From Candidatus Levyibacteriota bacterium (GTDB taxonomy: Bacteria > Patescibacteriota > Microgenomatia > Levybacterales > UBA12049), in the NCBI GenBank assembly GCA_013816255.1, contig JACDET010000007.1:1-42991 (forward strand): a stretch of DNA of 42,991 nt, written 5' to 3'. The notes beneath the pieces are model-generated. The model did not search any database. It was not told the origin of the DNA and saw only the letters and a program-made list of their open reading frames with translations. A program made the position numbers and the translations under genes. Positions 1 to 8,775 of this stretch are shown piece by piece; the first letter of the stretch is position 1, and the number at the start of each line of letters is the position of its first letter.

Positions 1-273
1 CGCCCAGTCATTCCAGACAAAGACGAGCGGTAAGATATGATTGAGTGGTAACCAGACGCTACCGAGTTGCGCGAGACCTGGTTCCTGATTATCTATGACA
101 AGACGTGCAATGTTCATATGAGACATCGCGTCGTTGTAAGTTGTGATAAGACCGCTTACATATGAGATATACCAAGCGATAATACTGAGAAGTGTAACGG
201 GGAGCAGATTTTCAAACGCAAAAAGTCTATTAAAATTTTTAAAATTAAAAATATTTGTTAATGTATCTTTCAT
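1..273 (-). CDS. N-terminal fragment (truncated by window edge) of a polytopic membrane protein of the YND-SH-IAR family (GT-C-like); third paralog in this window
   Basis: Absent from the ORF track because it runs off the window. The reverse complement of 273..1 starts with ATG and reads MKDTLTNIFNFKNF...GLITTYNDAMSHMNIARLVIDNQEPGLAQLGSVWLPLNHILPLVFVWNDWA. This is collinear with YNDARSHLDISRRV..LGSVWLPLPHLL (17077..18705) and YNDSMSHLNIARFV..LGGVWLPVPHLL (32918..35503). Confidence 0.75.
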   Translation of the reverse strand, partial: MKDTLTNIFNFKNFNRLFAFENLLPVTLLSIIAWYISYVSGLITTYNDAMSHMNIARLVIDNQEPGLAQLGSVWLPLNHILPLVFVWNDWA

Positions 274-287
274 AGATCTTTAGATAT

Positions 288-352
288 TGTCATGCTGAAC
301 TTGTTTCAGCATCTCTATTTGTATGGGATCCTGAAACAAGTTCAGGATGACA
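288..352. repeat. Two GTCAT-box hairpin elements in inverted orientation (units 288..316 and 327..352)
   Basis: Unit 1 is tGTCATgctgaa-cttgt-ttcagcATCTCT. Unit 2 is the reverse complement of tGTCATcctgaa-cttgt-ttcaggATC. Each has an 8-bp stem and a 5-nt loop. They lie between the stop of 361..2577 and the start of the next minus-strand gene. Confidence 0.7.
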
Positions 353-360
353 GTATTAAT

Positions 361-2577
361 TTAAGCTGCTGCTCCAGCAATCTGTGATTTGTTGCCTTGC
401 ACCAAACCTGTTCCTGTTGGATCATTATCGACTGTGTCCAGATGCAAACCGTGTTGTGTTTTGTGCCAGTAGTGAGGTTTGAAAACGAACTCCCAAATCG
501 CAAGCCCTGCGGCAATACTCATTCCCAACCAATAAATAGGTGTCAAAAGAGCAAATGGTACGAGTCCCCATTGTTCACGTTTGGCTGCTCCAAGCATGTA
601 GTAATACATGTAGAGGAAGTTTCCGATGAACATTGAGAAGACAGCCATATAGAAAATCGGTGCGAGATAGAGTGATTTAATGAACTCCCCTGTCCACGGT
701 GTGAATGCAAAATATGCAATCGTCATAAGCCACATGATTGGATTGATAAGCATTGAAAGAATTTTGCCTCCGATAACGAGTTGGAAGATAAAGAAATCTT
801 GTGGTCTTTTCTGCGTAAAGAATGCTTGCGGGTTACGCATATGCACGAAATATGTTTGGATATATCCTTTGATCCATCGTGAGCGTTGCTTGACCCAATT
901 GAATGTATCTGAATTAGCTTCTTCCATTGTTGTTGAGTTAATTAAAGCAGTTCTGTATCCGATCTTTGTCAAACGCATGCCAAGATCAGCATCTTCGGTT
1001 ACATTAAACGGATCCCATTTTTGCAGTCTAATGATGTCTTTTGTACGGAAATGGTTACTCGTTCCGCCCAAAGGTATTGGCGCGTGAATTGATTGCAAAC
1101 CTGACAGGACCAAATTGAACCAGAGTGAATATTCGATTGTAAACATACGAGTCAAAAGGTTTTGATCAGGATTGTAGAAGTTCAATTTCGCTTGCAAACA
1201 AATGATGTTTTTCTTCGCTTTTTTGAAGGCTAATACAGCTTTTTTGAGTTGTAACGGGTCGGGAACATCTTCCGCGTCAAAGATCACAGTGTATTCGCCA
1301 GTTGCTTTAATCAGTCCATAGTTGCACGCCTTTGGTTTGGTTTTTGGTTTTGATTCAGGGACGATAACGACATCGAAGTAGAATGGAAGATTCATCATAG
1401 CTATCTTATCGATACTTTCAGTATCTTCACTTTCCAGAAGTAGCATAACTTGTAATTTATCTTTTGGATAATCTAATTGACTCATCGCTTTCACAAATTG
1501 TGGCAATACTTCCCATTCTTTATACAGTGGGCATAGCACTGTATAGGTAGGCCATGCTGACTCAGGAATCTTATTGATACTGCGCGCTGTGATATTTATT
1601 TCCGCTTCTTTAAAGTAACTGCGATAGATTAAAAAGAAGTTAAAGAGCAAATCAGTGAAATAAACAACTGTCAAAACAGATATGAAAACAACAAGCGTTG
1701 TGTGCCAGTTGAGAACGAGTCCTAAAATGATTGCTGTTATGAGTCCACCAAGGACCGCATATTGCAATGTTGTCATGCGGGTTAACGCACTTTCACCAAT
1801 GGTAAGATTGGTGTGGTGAATGTACTCGTTGCCGCGCATGTGAAACCCTTGCCCTTTATTATCAGTATCTTTTTGTGAGAAAGGTACAATGCCGTTATCT
1901 TTAAATTTCAACGCAACTGCACTTAATCCAATTTCCAGCGATGAGCGGACAACTGCAATTTTTGAAGTACCTGCATGACGTTTTGCGAAGTCGACATCAA
2001 CACTTGCAACTGTGTATCCAGCATGTCGTGCCTTCAGTAAGAATTCGAGATCAAAGGTCCATGATGAAGGATTGAGTTCAAAATGATTAACCAAACTTTT
2101 TCTAAAGACTTTTAATCCAGACTGGACATCTTCTGAGAATCCATGGAGCAGTTTTGAGAACATATGGTGATAAACTTTACTCATCACGCGACGAAGCATT
2201 CCCGCTTCATATTTATTTCTGTTGGCAATGACGATATCAGCGCCACCATTGATCTTTGCAATCATTTCTGGAATATACTTTGGTTGGTATTGCAGATCAG
2301 CATCAATCATGCAAAGCAGTTCATACTTGGCGTACCCAAATCCTTCAAGGAGTGAATAGGCTTTTCCTTGCTTTCCCTTTTTGGTGTGGAGTTTGATTGG
2401 GTATGTCTTTGATAATTCTTTAATAATTGCAACTGTTCTATCGGTTGACCGGTCATCGACAAAAACTATCTCATATTTTTGGACACTGCCGATGAGTGCA
2501 TAGTTAATTTGCTCGACAAGCGGTCGGATATTTTTCTCCTCATTCCAAACTGGTACAATAATAGATATATTTTTCAT
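361..2577 (-). CDS. Bifunctional GT2: N-terminal polyprenyl-phosphate sugar synthase-like module (GtrB/ArnC/DPM1 type), TM helices, and a C-terminal processive GT2 synthase module
   Basis: N-terminal motifs: IIVPVWNEEKNI, VDDRSTD, IDADLQYQP. C-terminal motifs: FDAEDVPDP, FNVTEDADLG, QRSRWIKGY (D,D,D,QxxRW). The ORF-track start at 2586 is TTG. The first ATG is 2577 (MKNISIIVPV). Confidence 0.85.
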   Translation of the reverse strand: MKNISIIVPVWNEEKNIRPLVEQINYALIGSVQKYEIVFVDDRSTDRTVAIIKELSKTYPIKLHTKKGKQGKAYSLLEGFGYAKYELLCMIDADLQYQPKYIPEMIAKINGGADIVIANRNKYEAGMLRRVMSKVYHHMFSKLLHGFSEDVQSGLKVFRKSLVNHFELNPSSWTFDLEFLLKARHAGYTVASVDVDFAKRHAGTSKIAVVRSSLEIGLSAVALKFKDNGIVPFSQKDTDNKGQGFHMRGNEYIHHTNLTIGESALTRMTTLQYAVLGGLITAIILGLVLNWHTTLVVFISVLTVVYFTDLLFNFFLIYRSYFKEAEINITARSINKIPESAWPTYTVLCPLYKEWEVLPQFVKAMSQLDYPKDKLQVMLLLESEDTESIDKIAMMNLPFYFDVVIVPESKPKTKPKACNYGLIKATGEYTVIFDAEDVPDPLQLKKAVLAFKKAKKNIICLQAKLNFYNPDQNLLTRMFTIEYSLWFNLVLSGLQSIHAPIPLGGTSNHFRTKDIIRLQKWDPFNVTEDADLGMRLTKIGYRTALINSTTMEEANSDTFNWVKQRSRWIKGYIQTYFVHMRNPQAFFTQKRPQDFFIFQLVIGGKILSMLINPIMWLMTIAYFAFTPWTGEFIKSLYLAPIFYMAVFSMFIGNFLYMYYYMLGAAKREQWGLVPFALLTPIYWLGMSIAAGLAIWEFVFKPHYWHKTQHGLHLDTVDNDPTGTGLVQGNKSQIAGAAA

Positions 2578-2584
2578 TTTTAAC

Positions 2585-2615
2585 AAAAAAGCCCAACTAC
2601 ATATAATAGTCGGGC
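2585..2615 (-). terminator. Intrinsic-terminator-like hairpin plus U-run, ending 8 nt upstream of the ATG of 361..2577
   Basis: The minus strand reads GCCCGAC-tattatatgta-GTTGGGC-tttttt-gttaaaa-ATG. The stem is 7 bp including one G.U pair. Confidence 0.5.
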
Positions 2616-2647
2616 AGACATAATTAATTAAACCTAGAGTAAATATA

Positions 2648-2676
2648 TATATACACTATAGAATTACTTATGTCAA
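2648..2676 (-). promoter_or_regulatory. Sigma70-type promoter TTGACA-17-TATATA
   Basis: The minus strand reads gcTTGACAtaagtaattctatagtgTATATAt. The -35 is at 2676..2671 and the -10 at 2653..2648. Confidence 0.55.
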
Positions 2677-2778
2677 GCACTAAATATATCATTTATGCCT
2701 AAATACCATGTACTATGAGCCACTGATAGGAAATATATTTATGAGAATATCAATTTTTTTGACACAGATTATTAACTT

Positions 2779-3546
2779 GTCAGAACCAGGTTCGTACTAG
2801 CTTGAAGAACGGGGATTATACAATGAGGTGTTTGAGATTTGCTAGAGATCTTTGGTAATCGACTTGATCACGCATAAAGGATTCATATTGTTCAGGACTA
2901 GAAAAGTGACTCATAACTGATTTACAATTTATAATCTCTGTTTTCGCAAGTGGATTGAGGTACGCTCCATATGATGACCATGTATATTTCGGCAATGCAT
3001 CAATCTCCACTATATAATCAGTGACCGGATTTAAGTGAATATAGCGTGACACGTGAAGCAATTGTTCATCTGTTCCTATTCTGACAGCTTTAAACATATC
3101 TTGGAAGAGTGCCCCATGCCTACTATATTTTGTATTGAAGTATTTCGAGTAACTATGTTGAAAGTTTCTCATAAACGTCGATATCCCTTTGTCAACTTTT
3201 GACTGTAGCATAAAGTGTACATGCGTAGGCATAATGCAATAAGCGATAATTTCGACAATAGGCACTTGTTGTTTTTTAATACTTTTCATATAACTATCTT
3301 TATCCGCAAGCGCTAATCGTTTGAAATGAGAGTAACTTACTGGCATTCTTCCATATCTATAATATTGAATAAGTGCTAGTGCTCGTACATAATCATACGT
3401 AGAGGTAAAAAGAGGAATTTGTGCAACACTTCTATTAAAGACATGATACGTCTCTCCAATAGCAATAGGTATTTTACGATAAGGCATATATCTATAATAA
3501 ATAGATACATACCCGTTTGTCAAGCTAGTACGAACCTGGTTCTGAC
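2779..3546 (-). mobile_element. REPtron-like unit: RAYT gene bracketed by 35-nt inverted REP copies
   Basis: 2779..2813 is gtcagaaccaggttcgtactagcttgaagaacggg. The reverse complement of 3512..3546 is gtcagaaccaggttcgtactagcttgacaaacggg. They match at 33 of 35 positions. Confidence 0.75.
2816..3486 (-). CDS. REP-associated tyrosine transposase (RAYT; IS200-like Y1 HUH transposase, COG1943-like)
   Basis: HUH motif in IMPTHVHFML and a Tyr motif in SRYIHLNPV. The track start at 3523 is TTG and lies inside the flanking repeat. The ATG at 3486 (MPYRKIPIAIGETYHVFNR) is preferred. Confidence 0.8.
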
Positions 3547-3566
3547 AATCTAGCTAGCTACCTTTA

Positions 3567-3621
3567 TCCCCGCTCTTCTAGCTAACCTGAACCAGGTTCT
3601 GACTAGGTAGAAGTACGGGGA
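3567..3621 (+). repeat. Complete REP-B hairpin (both arms around the gaaccaggttc palindrome)
   Basis: Sequence tccccgctcttctagcta-acctgaaccaggttctgac-taggtagaagtacgggga. The outer arms are complementary at 15 of 18 positions. Confidence 0.7.
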
Positions 3622-3650
3622 GTTATTGTGAGTGTTAGAGGTTACTTCTC

Positions 3651-6293
3651 TTATTGTTTGCTTGCTAGTTTTGGTGAGCTCCAGAGATTTGGGAGGTCGT
3701 TGTTATAGAGTGCTGTGCCGAACCAGACCCAATTCTGGGTGTAATAACTCGTCGGGTCTTCCCAATAACTCCCCTCTTTATCTTCATACAACTTATTAAG
3801 AATTTTTTCTTCATAGATCTTTTTGGCATTTGTCTTATCAGTTACGACAAAGTTACCGAGGTTCGATGCGTATGCACCTGCTGCTTCATATTCTTCCCAC
3901 GGTTTTCCATCATGTGTATATGCGACGTCGATCTTTCCTTTTTCTTTCCATTCTTTGCGTATAAAATCACTCTTGGTTAAATACGCTTTTGCTCTTGGTT
4001 CTTTGAACCATTGATAGTCAAGAGCAATTCTCCACGGTGTGCGAAAAGCGTCATATGAATATTCAGTCGAGTTCAAACCTTCATCAGGTGATTTGATAAT
4101 TTTACCAGCACTATTGACTGCGCACCAGTTTGGAGCAAGTCCAACGGACGATTCTTTATCTAAATTGCTTTCACTACATGCATTGAGAACCTCATACGAT
4201 GAATTCACAACACTCAACCAATTATGTTCTGTATCGATTTCTGCAAAGATTCGGTAACTGGCCGGCATCAAATATGAAGGGTTTACGATTGCTGAGCTCT
4301 TGGCTTTTGCCCAATCTCCGGCAACCAGATAGGGTTTGCCGCGTACTACTTTTATCTCTTGATCCCAAATACCATTGATTACAGACCTTGCTTCGGCAAT
4401 ATATTGCGGGTTATTCCAGCGTTTACCAGCAAAAGCCAACGCTAGTGCGATATCCTGATCGCCATCCGTTGCTGAACTCTTATCCAGAACTCCTGGTGTG
4501 CCGCCAGCCGTCTTTCCCCATTTCCAAGAGAAAACATTACTTTCTTTTTGCATATTTCGTTTGGTGAATCCCCAAGCTCTATCAAATGTTTCTTTGTCGT
4601 TCATCCATACAGCCCGAAGCATTGCATAGGACTGTCCTTCTGACGTGGTTTGGTTACTTGCCGGATCAACGGTGTTTCCATCCTCCTCAATAAACGTCTG
4701 CTTGTATGTTTCCCATGTTGATACAAGAATTCTTCGAGAATTTTTTACTGCCCAGATTTGCACATACCATCCGTCTCCTGTGAAACTTGTAATTGGATTT
4801 GATTGTGCCAAAGCATTTCCTGTCATTGGTAACTCCCCTGTTCCCAAATCTCCTCCAATAAGTGGTGTGAAGAGAATGTAGTCGATATTGTTGTAGTCAT
4901 TATTGAGCACTTTTTCTTTGATATCACGGTCTCCATCAACTTTCCAATAATACTCTGCGTTTTTAAAATTCCCATCATTTCTAAAGTTTAGATCTAAGTA
5001 CGCATAGTTATCTATCGCAATAAATTCTGTAGGCATTTTGCGTGACAGTATCCACTCTACTGCTTCGATTTGCGCGTCAGTTACATTTGATCGATATATA
5101 TCAAACCTATCAGAACGTATCGATGATGAGAAGTCAGTAAGCGTAATTCCCATGTATCCGAGGAAGGCAAGAACTGGGAAAATAGCGTACAATTTCAACG
5201 GTACAAATTTCATCTTCCAGAAAAAGTTCGTCGCAACATAGACAACGTATGCAGTTGTCAGTGATATGAGGGGTATCAGCGGGACGATGTAGAATTCAAG
5301 AACCAAACCTCCTCTGAGTAAAAATGCCCAATAAGAAAGAGCGAAGCCACCAATGATTCTTGCCGCAACGCTTTTGATTGCGAGAAGTAATGTAATCACA
5401 GTCGAAGCAGCACCAACAAGTAAAATTGCGGGATCATCATTTTTCCAGTTGTTGGTCATTTCCCAAAAACTCGATTTGGGATTCCAAATGTCGACATTAC
5501 CTCGACTTGCTTGAAAATCTAACGTCCCCAAAAGACTGACGTGCTCATTGGTTCCACCAAGTGGCGTTCCTGCTGGAAAGAATTCACCTTTGAACATACT
5601 GAATACGAAATAGAGTGAGATGAAGCATCCCGCAATAGCAATCCATTTAATTGTTCCAAAAAGTCTATTAACTTTATGGAGTTGGCTGTACACAAGTACA
5701 GCGAGAAACGGCAAGAAAAAGATAGCAGATTCTTTACTCAATACTGCGATACCAAAACTCAATGCACTGGCAATAATCCAGCGAAGTTTTTGCTTACTGT
5801 AGAGAATAAATGCAAGCGAAATGAGTAGCCAGAAAACCATGATATTATCAAGAAGCACACGTCTTTGAAAGTAAATTGCCAGAGGAGACAGTGAGAACAT
5901 CAGAACAGAGAACGCTCCAACCATCTTTGAGCCAGTAATTTTTTTGCCCACAAAATACAAAAGGAGTGCTGAAGCAATATGCAAAATAAGCATAAGCACA
6001 CGACCCGAATTAATTGAGAATCCGAACGTAAAAAGACCTCCGGTTAACTTAAGCCAAGCCGCAATAAGAAACCAACCAATAGGTGCATGATCGTACCAAT
6101 AGGTATATGGAGCTAATTTACCTTCACTAATAATTGACCACGCTTGCGACATGTAGGTACCTTCATCAGATTCATAATATGGGTAGCCAAACATGTTATA
6201 GCCGTGCGAAACCCCAGCAACAACTAAGACTGCGATAATGATAATCCATTCAAAGGTTTTACTTTTGAAAAATTGTTTTAGTTTATGTAACAT
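3651..6293 (-). CDS. Fusion protein: N-terminal GT39/PMT-like polytopic glycosyltransferase (GT-C) plus C-terminal GH8 endoglucanase-like domain
   Basis: N-terminal YYESDEGTYMSQAW..YDHAPIGW (DE-motif loop of PMT/ArnT-like enzymes) with about 12 TM segments. C-terminal TSEGQSYAMLRAVW and SATDGDQDIALALAFAGKRW are BcsZ/GH8-type blocks. Confidence 0.8.
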   Translation of the reverse strand: MLHKLKQFFKSKTFEWIIIIAVLVVAGVSHGYNMFGYPYYESDEGTYMSQAWSIISEGKLAPYTYWYDHAPIGWFLIAAWLKLTGGLFTFGFSINSGRVLMLILHIASALLLYFVGKKITGSKMVGAFSVLMFSLSPLAIYFQRRVLLDNIMVFWLLISLAFILYSKQKLRWIIASALSFGIAVLSKESAIFFLPFLAVLVYSQLHKVNRLFGTIKWIAIAGCFISLYFVFSMFKGEFFPAGTPLGGTNEHVSLLGTLDFQASRGNVDIWNPKSSFWEMTNNWKNDDPAILLVGAASTVITLLLAIKSVAARIIGGFALSYWAFLLRGGLVLEFYIVPLIPLISLTTAYVVYVATNFFWKMKFVPLKLYAIFPVLAFLGYMGITLTDFSSSIRSDRFDIYRSNVTDAQIEAVEWILSRKMPTEFIAIDNYAYLDLNFRNDGNFKNAEYYWKVDGDRDIKEKVLNNDYNNIDYILFTPLIGGDLGTGELPMTGNALAQSNPITSFTGDGWYVQIWAVKNSRRILVSTWETYKQTFIEEDGNTVDPASNQTTSEGQSYAMLRAVWMNDKETFDRAWGFTKRNMQKESNVFSWKWGKTAGGTPGVLDKSSATDGDQDIALALAFAGKRWNNPQYIAEARSVINGIWDQEIKVVRGKPYLVAGDWAKAKSSAIVNPSYLMPASYRIFAEIDTEHNWLSVVNSSYEVLNACSESNLDKESSVGLAPNWCAVNSAGKIIKSPDEGLNSTEYSYDAFRTPWRIALDYQWFKEPRAKAYLTKSDFIRKEWKEKGKIDVAYTHDGKPWEEYEAAGAYASNLGNFVVTDKTNAKKIYEEKILNKLYEDKEGSYWEDPTSYYTQNWVWFGTALYNNDLPNLWSSPKLASKQ

Positions 6294-6356
6294 ATTATTA
6301 TTGTTCGAGCGAAGTTGAAAACCGTTTCTCGATTCACTTTGTTCACTCGAAAAGTA

Positions 6357-8570
6357 TTAATTCCCTATCTTTATATAATTTGTATTTATTGGTAAAAAAG
6401 CTTTTTCAGGTCTATGTGCATTCAGATGTAATGTTTTTTCCCAACTGCCGTTGCCTGTAATAAGTCTGAGAATTGCCCGCATCGCGCTTAATCCGAGAAT
6501 AATTTGAAATGGATAGAATGAATATAATATTTTAAATGGTAACCAGAAAGGGAAACGCATCCCATATCCTTTGGTAAATTCATACATCCCGATAGTAAAT
6601 GCAACAAGTTGTAGGAGAAGCAGCAGTAACGGAATAAATGTAATCATCGCGAAAATCACTGGTAAGTTGAGAACAAAAGCCAGAAAGATTGAGATAGGAA
6701 GCATCAGGAAAAAGAATGCTTGTAATTGTGGAACAAGTAAAATGTATCCGGCGAGAAAACGTTGTTGGAATTTTGGCAATTTTAACCACTCGCCTTTCCA
6801 AAGGATTTGTATAAAACCTTGATTCCACCTTGTGCGTTGTTTGATAAAGCTATCGAGATTATGTGGCGTTTCTTCTTGTGTTGTGTGCTTTTCATCATAG
6901 ACGACACCAATGCTTGCACCTCTTGCACTCAGTCGTATACCAATTTCTGCATCCTCTGTCAGACATGCTTCATCCCATCCACCAACTTGCCCCAACATTT
7001 TTCGTTTGAAGAAGACTGTATTTCCTCCGAGCGGGATGATGCCTTGTTTGGCAAAGTAATGCAGTGCTGATTTGAACCAGAAGAAATATTCAAGAACATT
7101 GAGCGTTGAGAACCAATTAGATTTGAAGTTCATGAGTTGCACGCCAGACTGCAAAACATCAAGATTTTTGGTAGTCATTTGCGTGTTGGCAATGTTATAG
7201 ATACTCCGGCTTGGTTGATCTTCAGCGTCAAATACCACGATGACATCTTTTGTGGCGTGCATCAGCCCAATGTTCAAACTATGTGGCTTGTTTATTGGCA
7301 TATCATTAAAGATGACCAATCGGACATTAGGTTTGTTCAGCTCTGTAATTGTTTGTTGTGCACGGGCAATTGTCCCATTATCATCTGATCGGACAATAAC
7401 CAGTGTTTCTTTCAGTCCCTCAGGATAATCAATCCCAGCAATCGCGCGAATCGTATCCCCGATGACATGTTCTTCATGTCTCACAGGCAGAAGTGCGGTA
7501 AAAGAAAATTTGGGTTTTTCATATATTTGCGGTACTTTATCTTTTTCTATTCGTTCTACGTCTTCCCAACCATACAGCATGAGAAAAATACTGAAGACAC
7601 TTTGCCAAATCATGAGAACTGAAATGGTAACTAATACCAGTATAATGAGTGTCTGATTACTTATAAATCCAGCCGTCTGGAGGTTGTACATGGCTAACGC
7701 AGCGATATTTCCGAGAGAAAATGCGGTAATTGCGACGATTGCTGCAAGAAGGGCAACTCCTCCATGCACAAGATATGGCATGCGGATTGTAAATGAATGG
7801 AAAATAAATTCTATGATATCGCGCTTACTGAGCTTGGAATTCCCGTGAATTCGATCGGTAAATTGAATTGGAATCTCTTTAATAATAGCGTTGTTCTGAA
7901 TAGCTTTATGCAGAAGATCAATTTGAAAAGCATAGCCTTTAGCTTTGAGTTTGTTAAGATGTATCCTTTTCAGAAGCGATGTTCTGATCGCGCGGAAACC
8001 ACTGGTACAGTCCTTTACGCGGCCAAGACCTGCTATATGGCGTGCAAATATATTTCCCCATTGGCTGTTAAGCTTACGGATGCGTGGCCATTTCGCGGGA
8101 ATTGATCCCCCGTCAATGTATCGTGAGCCAATCACAAAATCATTGCCTTTTTGTATTTCGTAGACAAAAAACGAGATCATTGATGGATCGTGAGAAAAAT
8201 CAGCATCCATTTCAAAGACAATATCCGCACCCATTTGCCGCATAGCATATTTGAACCCACGGATATACGCATTGCCAAGTCCAGCCTTACGACCTTTGAG
8301 TAAATGGACGTTTTTGTATTTCTTGACATATGTCTGTACAATCTGGGCTGTCCCATCAGGTGAGAAATCATCAACGACCAAAATTGATAGAATTGCGTTT
8401 TTGAGATAAATAGATTGTGTTTGGATAGCTTCGATTATTTTGCCTATATTCTCACTTTCATTATATGTAGGCACAACAATAACGACATGATCCTTCAGGA
8501 CTCCTGCCTTTGATACATTTTGCAAGCGCAGTTGATACAACTGCTTATTTTTATTTCGTAAACGGTTCAT
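6357..8570 (-). CDS. Bifunctional GT2: N-terminal DPM1/Ppm1-like polyprenyl-phosphate mannose/glucose synthase module, TM helices, and a C-terminal processive GT2 module (divergent paralog)
   Basis: N-terminal motifs: VVPTYNESENI, VVDDFSPDGT, EMDADFSHDP. C-terminal motifs: FDAEDQP, LTEDAEIG, QRTRWNQGF. ATG start at 8570. Confidence 0.85.
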   Translation of the reverse strand: MNRLRNKNKQLYQLRLQNVSKAGVLKDHVVIVVPTYNESENIGKIIEAIQTQSIYLKNAILSILVVDDFSPDGTAQIVQTYVKKYKNVHLLKGRKAGLGNAYIRGFKYAMRQMGADIVFEMDADFSHDPSMISFFVYEIQKGNDFVIGSRYIDGGSIPAKWPRIRKLNSQWGNIFARHIAGLGRVKDCTSGFRAIRTSLLKRIHLNKLKAKGYAFQIDLLHKAIQNNAIIKEIPIQFTDRIHGNSKLSKRDIIEFIFHSFTIRMPYLVHGGVALLAAIVAITAFSLGNIAALAMYNLQTAGFISNQTLIILVLVTISVLMIWQSVFSIFLMLYGWEDVERIEKDKVPQIYEKPKFSFTALLPVRHEEHVIGDTIRAIAGIDYPEGLKETLVIVRSDDNGTIARAQQTITELNKPNVRLVIFNDMPINKPHSLNIGLMHATKDVIVVFDAEDQPSRSIYNIANTQMTTKNLDVLQSGVQLMNFKSNWFSTLNVLEYFFWFKSALHYFAKQGIIPLGGNTVFFKRKMLGQVGGWDEACLTEDAEIGIRLSARGASIGVVYDEKHTTQEETPHNLDSFIKQRTRWNQGFIQILWKGEWLKLPKFQQRFLAGYILLVPQLQAFFFLMLPISIFLAFVLNLPVIFAMITFIPLLLLLLQLVAFTIGMYEFTKGYGMRFPFWLPFKILYSFYPFQIILGLSAMRAILRLITGNGSWEKTLHLNAHRPEKAFLPINTNYIKIGN

Positions 8571-8745
8571 TTTGTGCTTGAAAGAATGTAGATTTAATGG
8601 GGCAATATAAATCTATGAGCTCTAAAATATAGTACTAACGCATTTGAATACTATAAGCCAGCAAGTCGTGAGTATAGTATAGAGAGAAAGATATGTCAAG
8701 TTCTATACATATTTATAGCCCATCCATAAACATATCTCTTTAAGA

Positions 8746-8775
8746 TTGACAGCAAACGAGCGCATATGGTATACA
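8746..8775 (+). promoter_or_regulatory. Possible promoter for 8944..12414 (TTGACA-18-TATACA with an upstream TG)
   Basis: TTGACA at 8746..8751 and tgGTATACA at 8767..8775. This would give a leader of about 165 nt. Confidence 0.3.
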
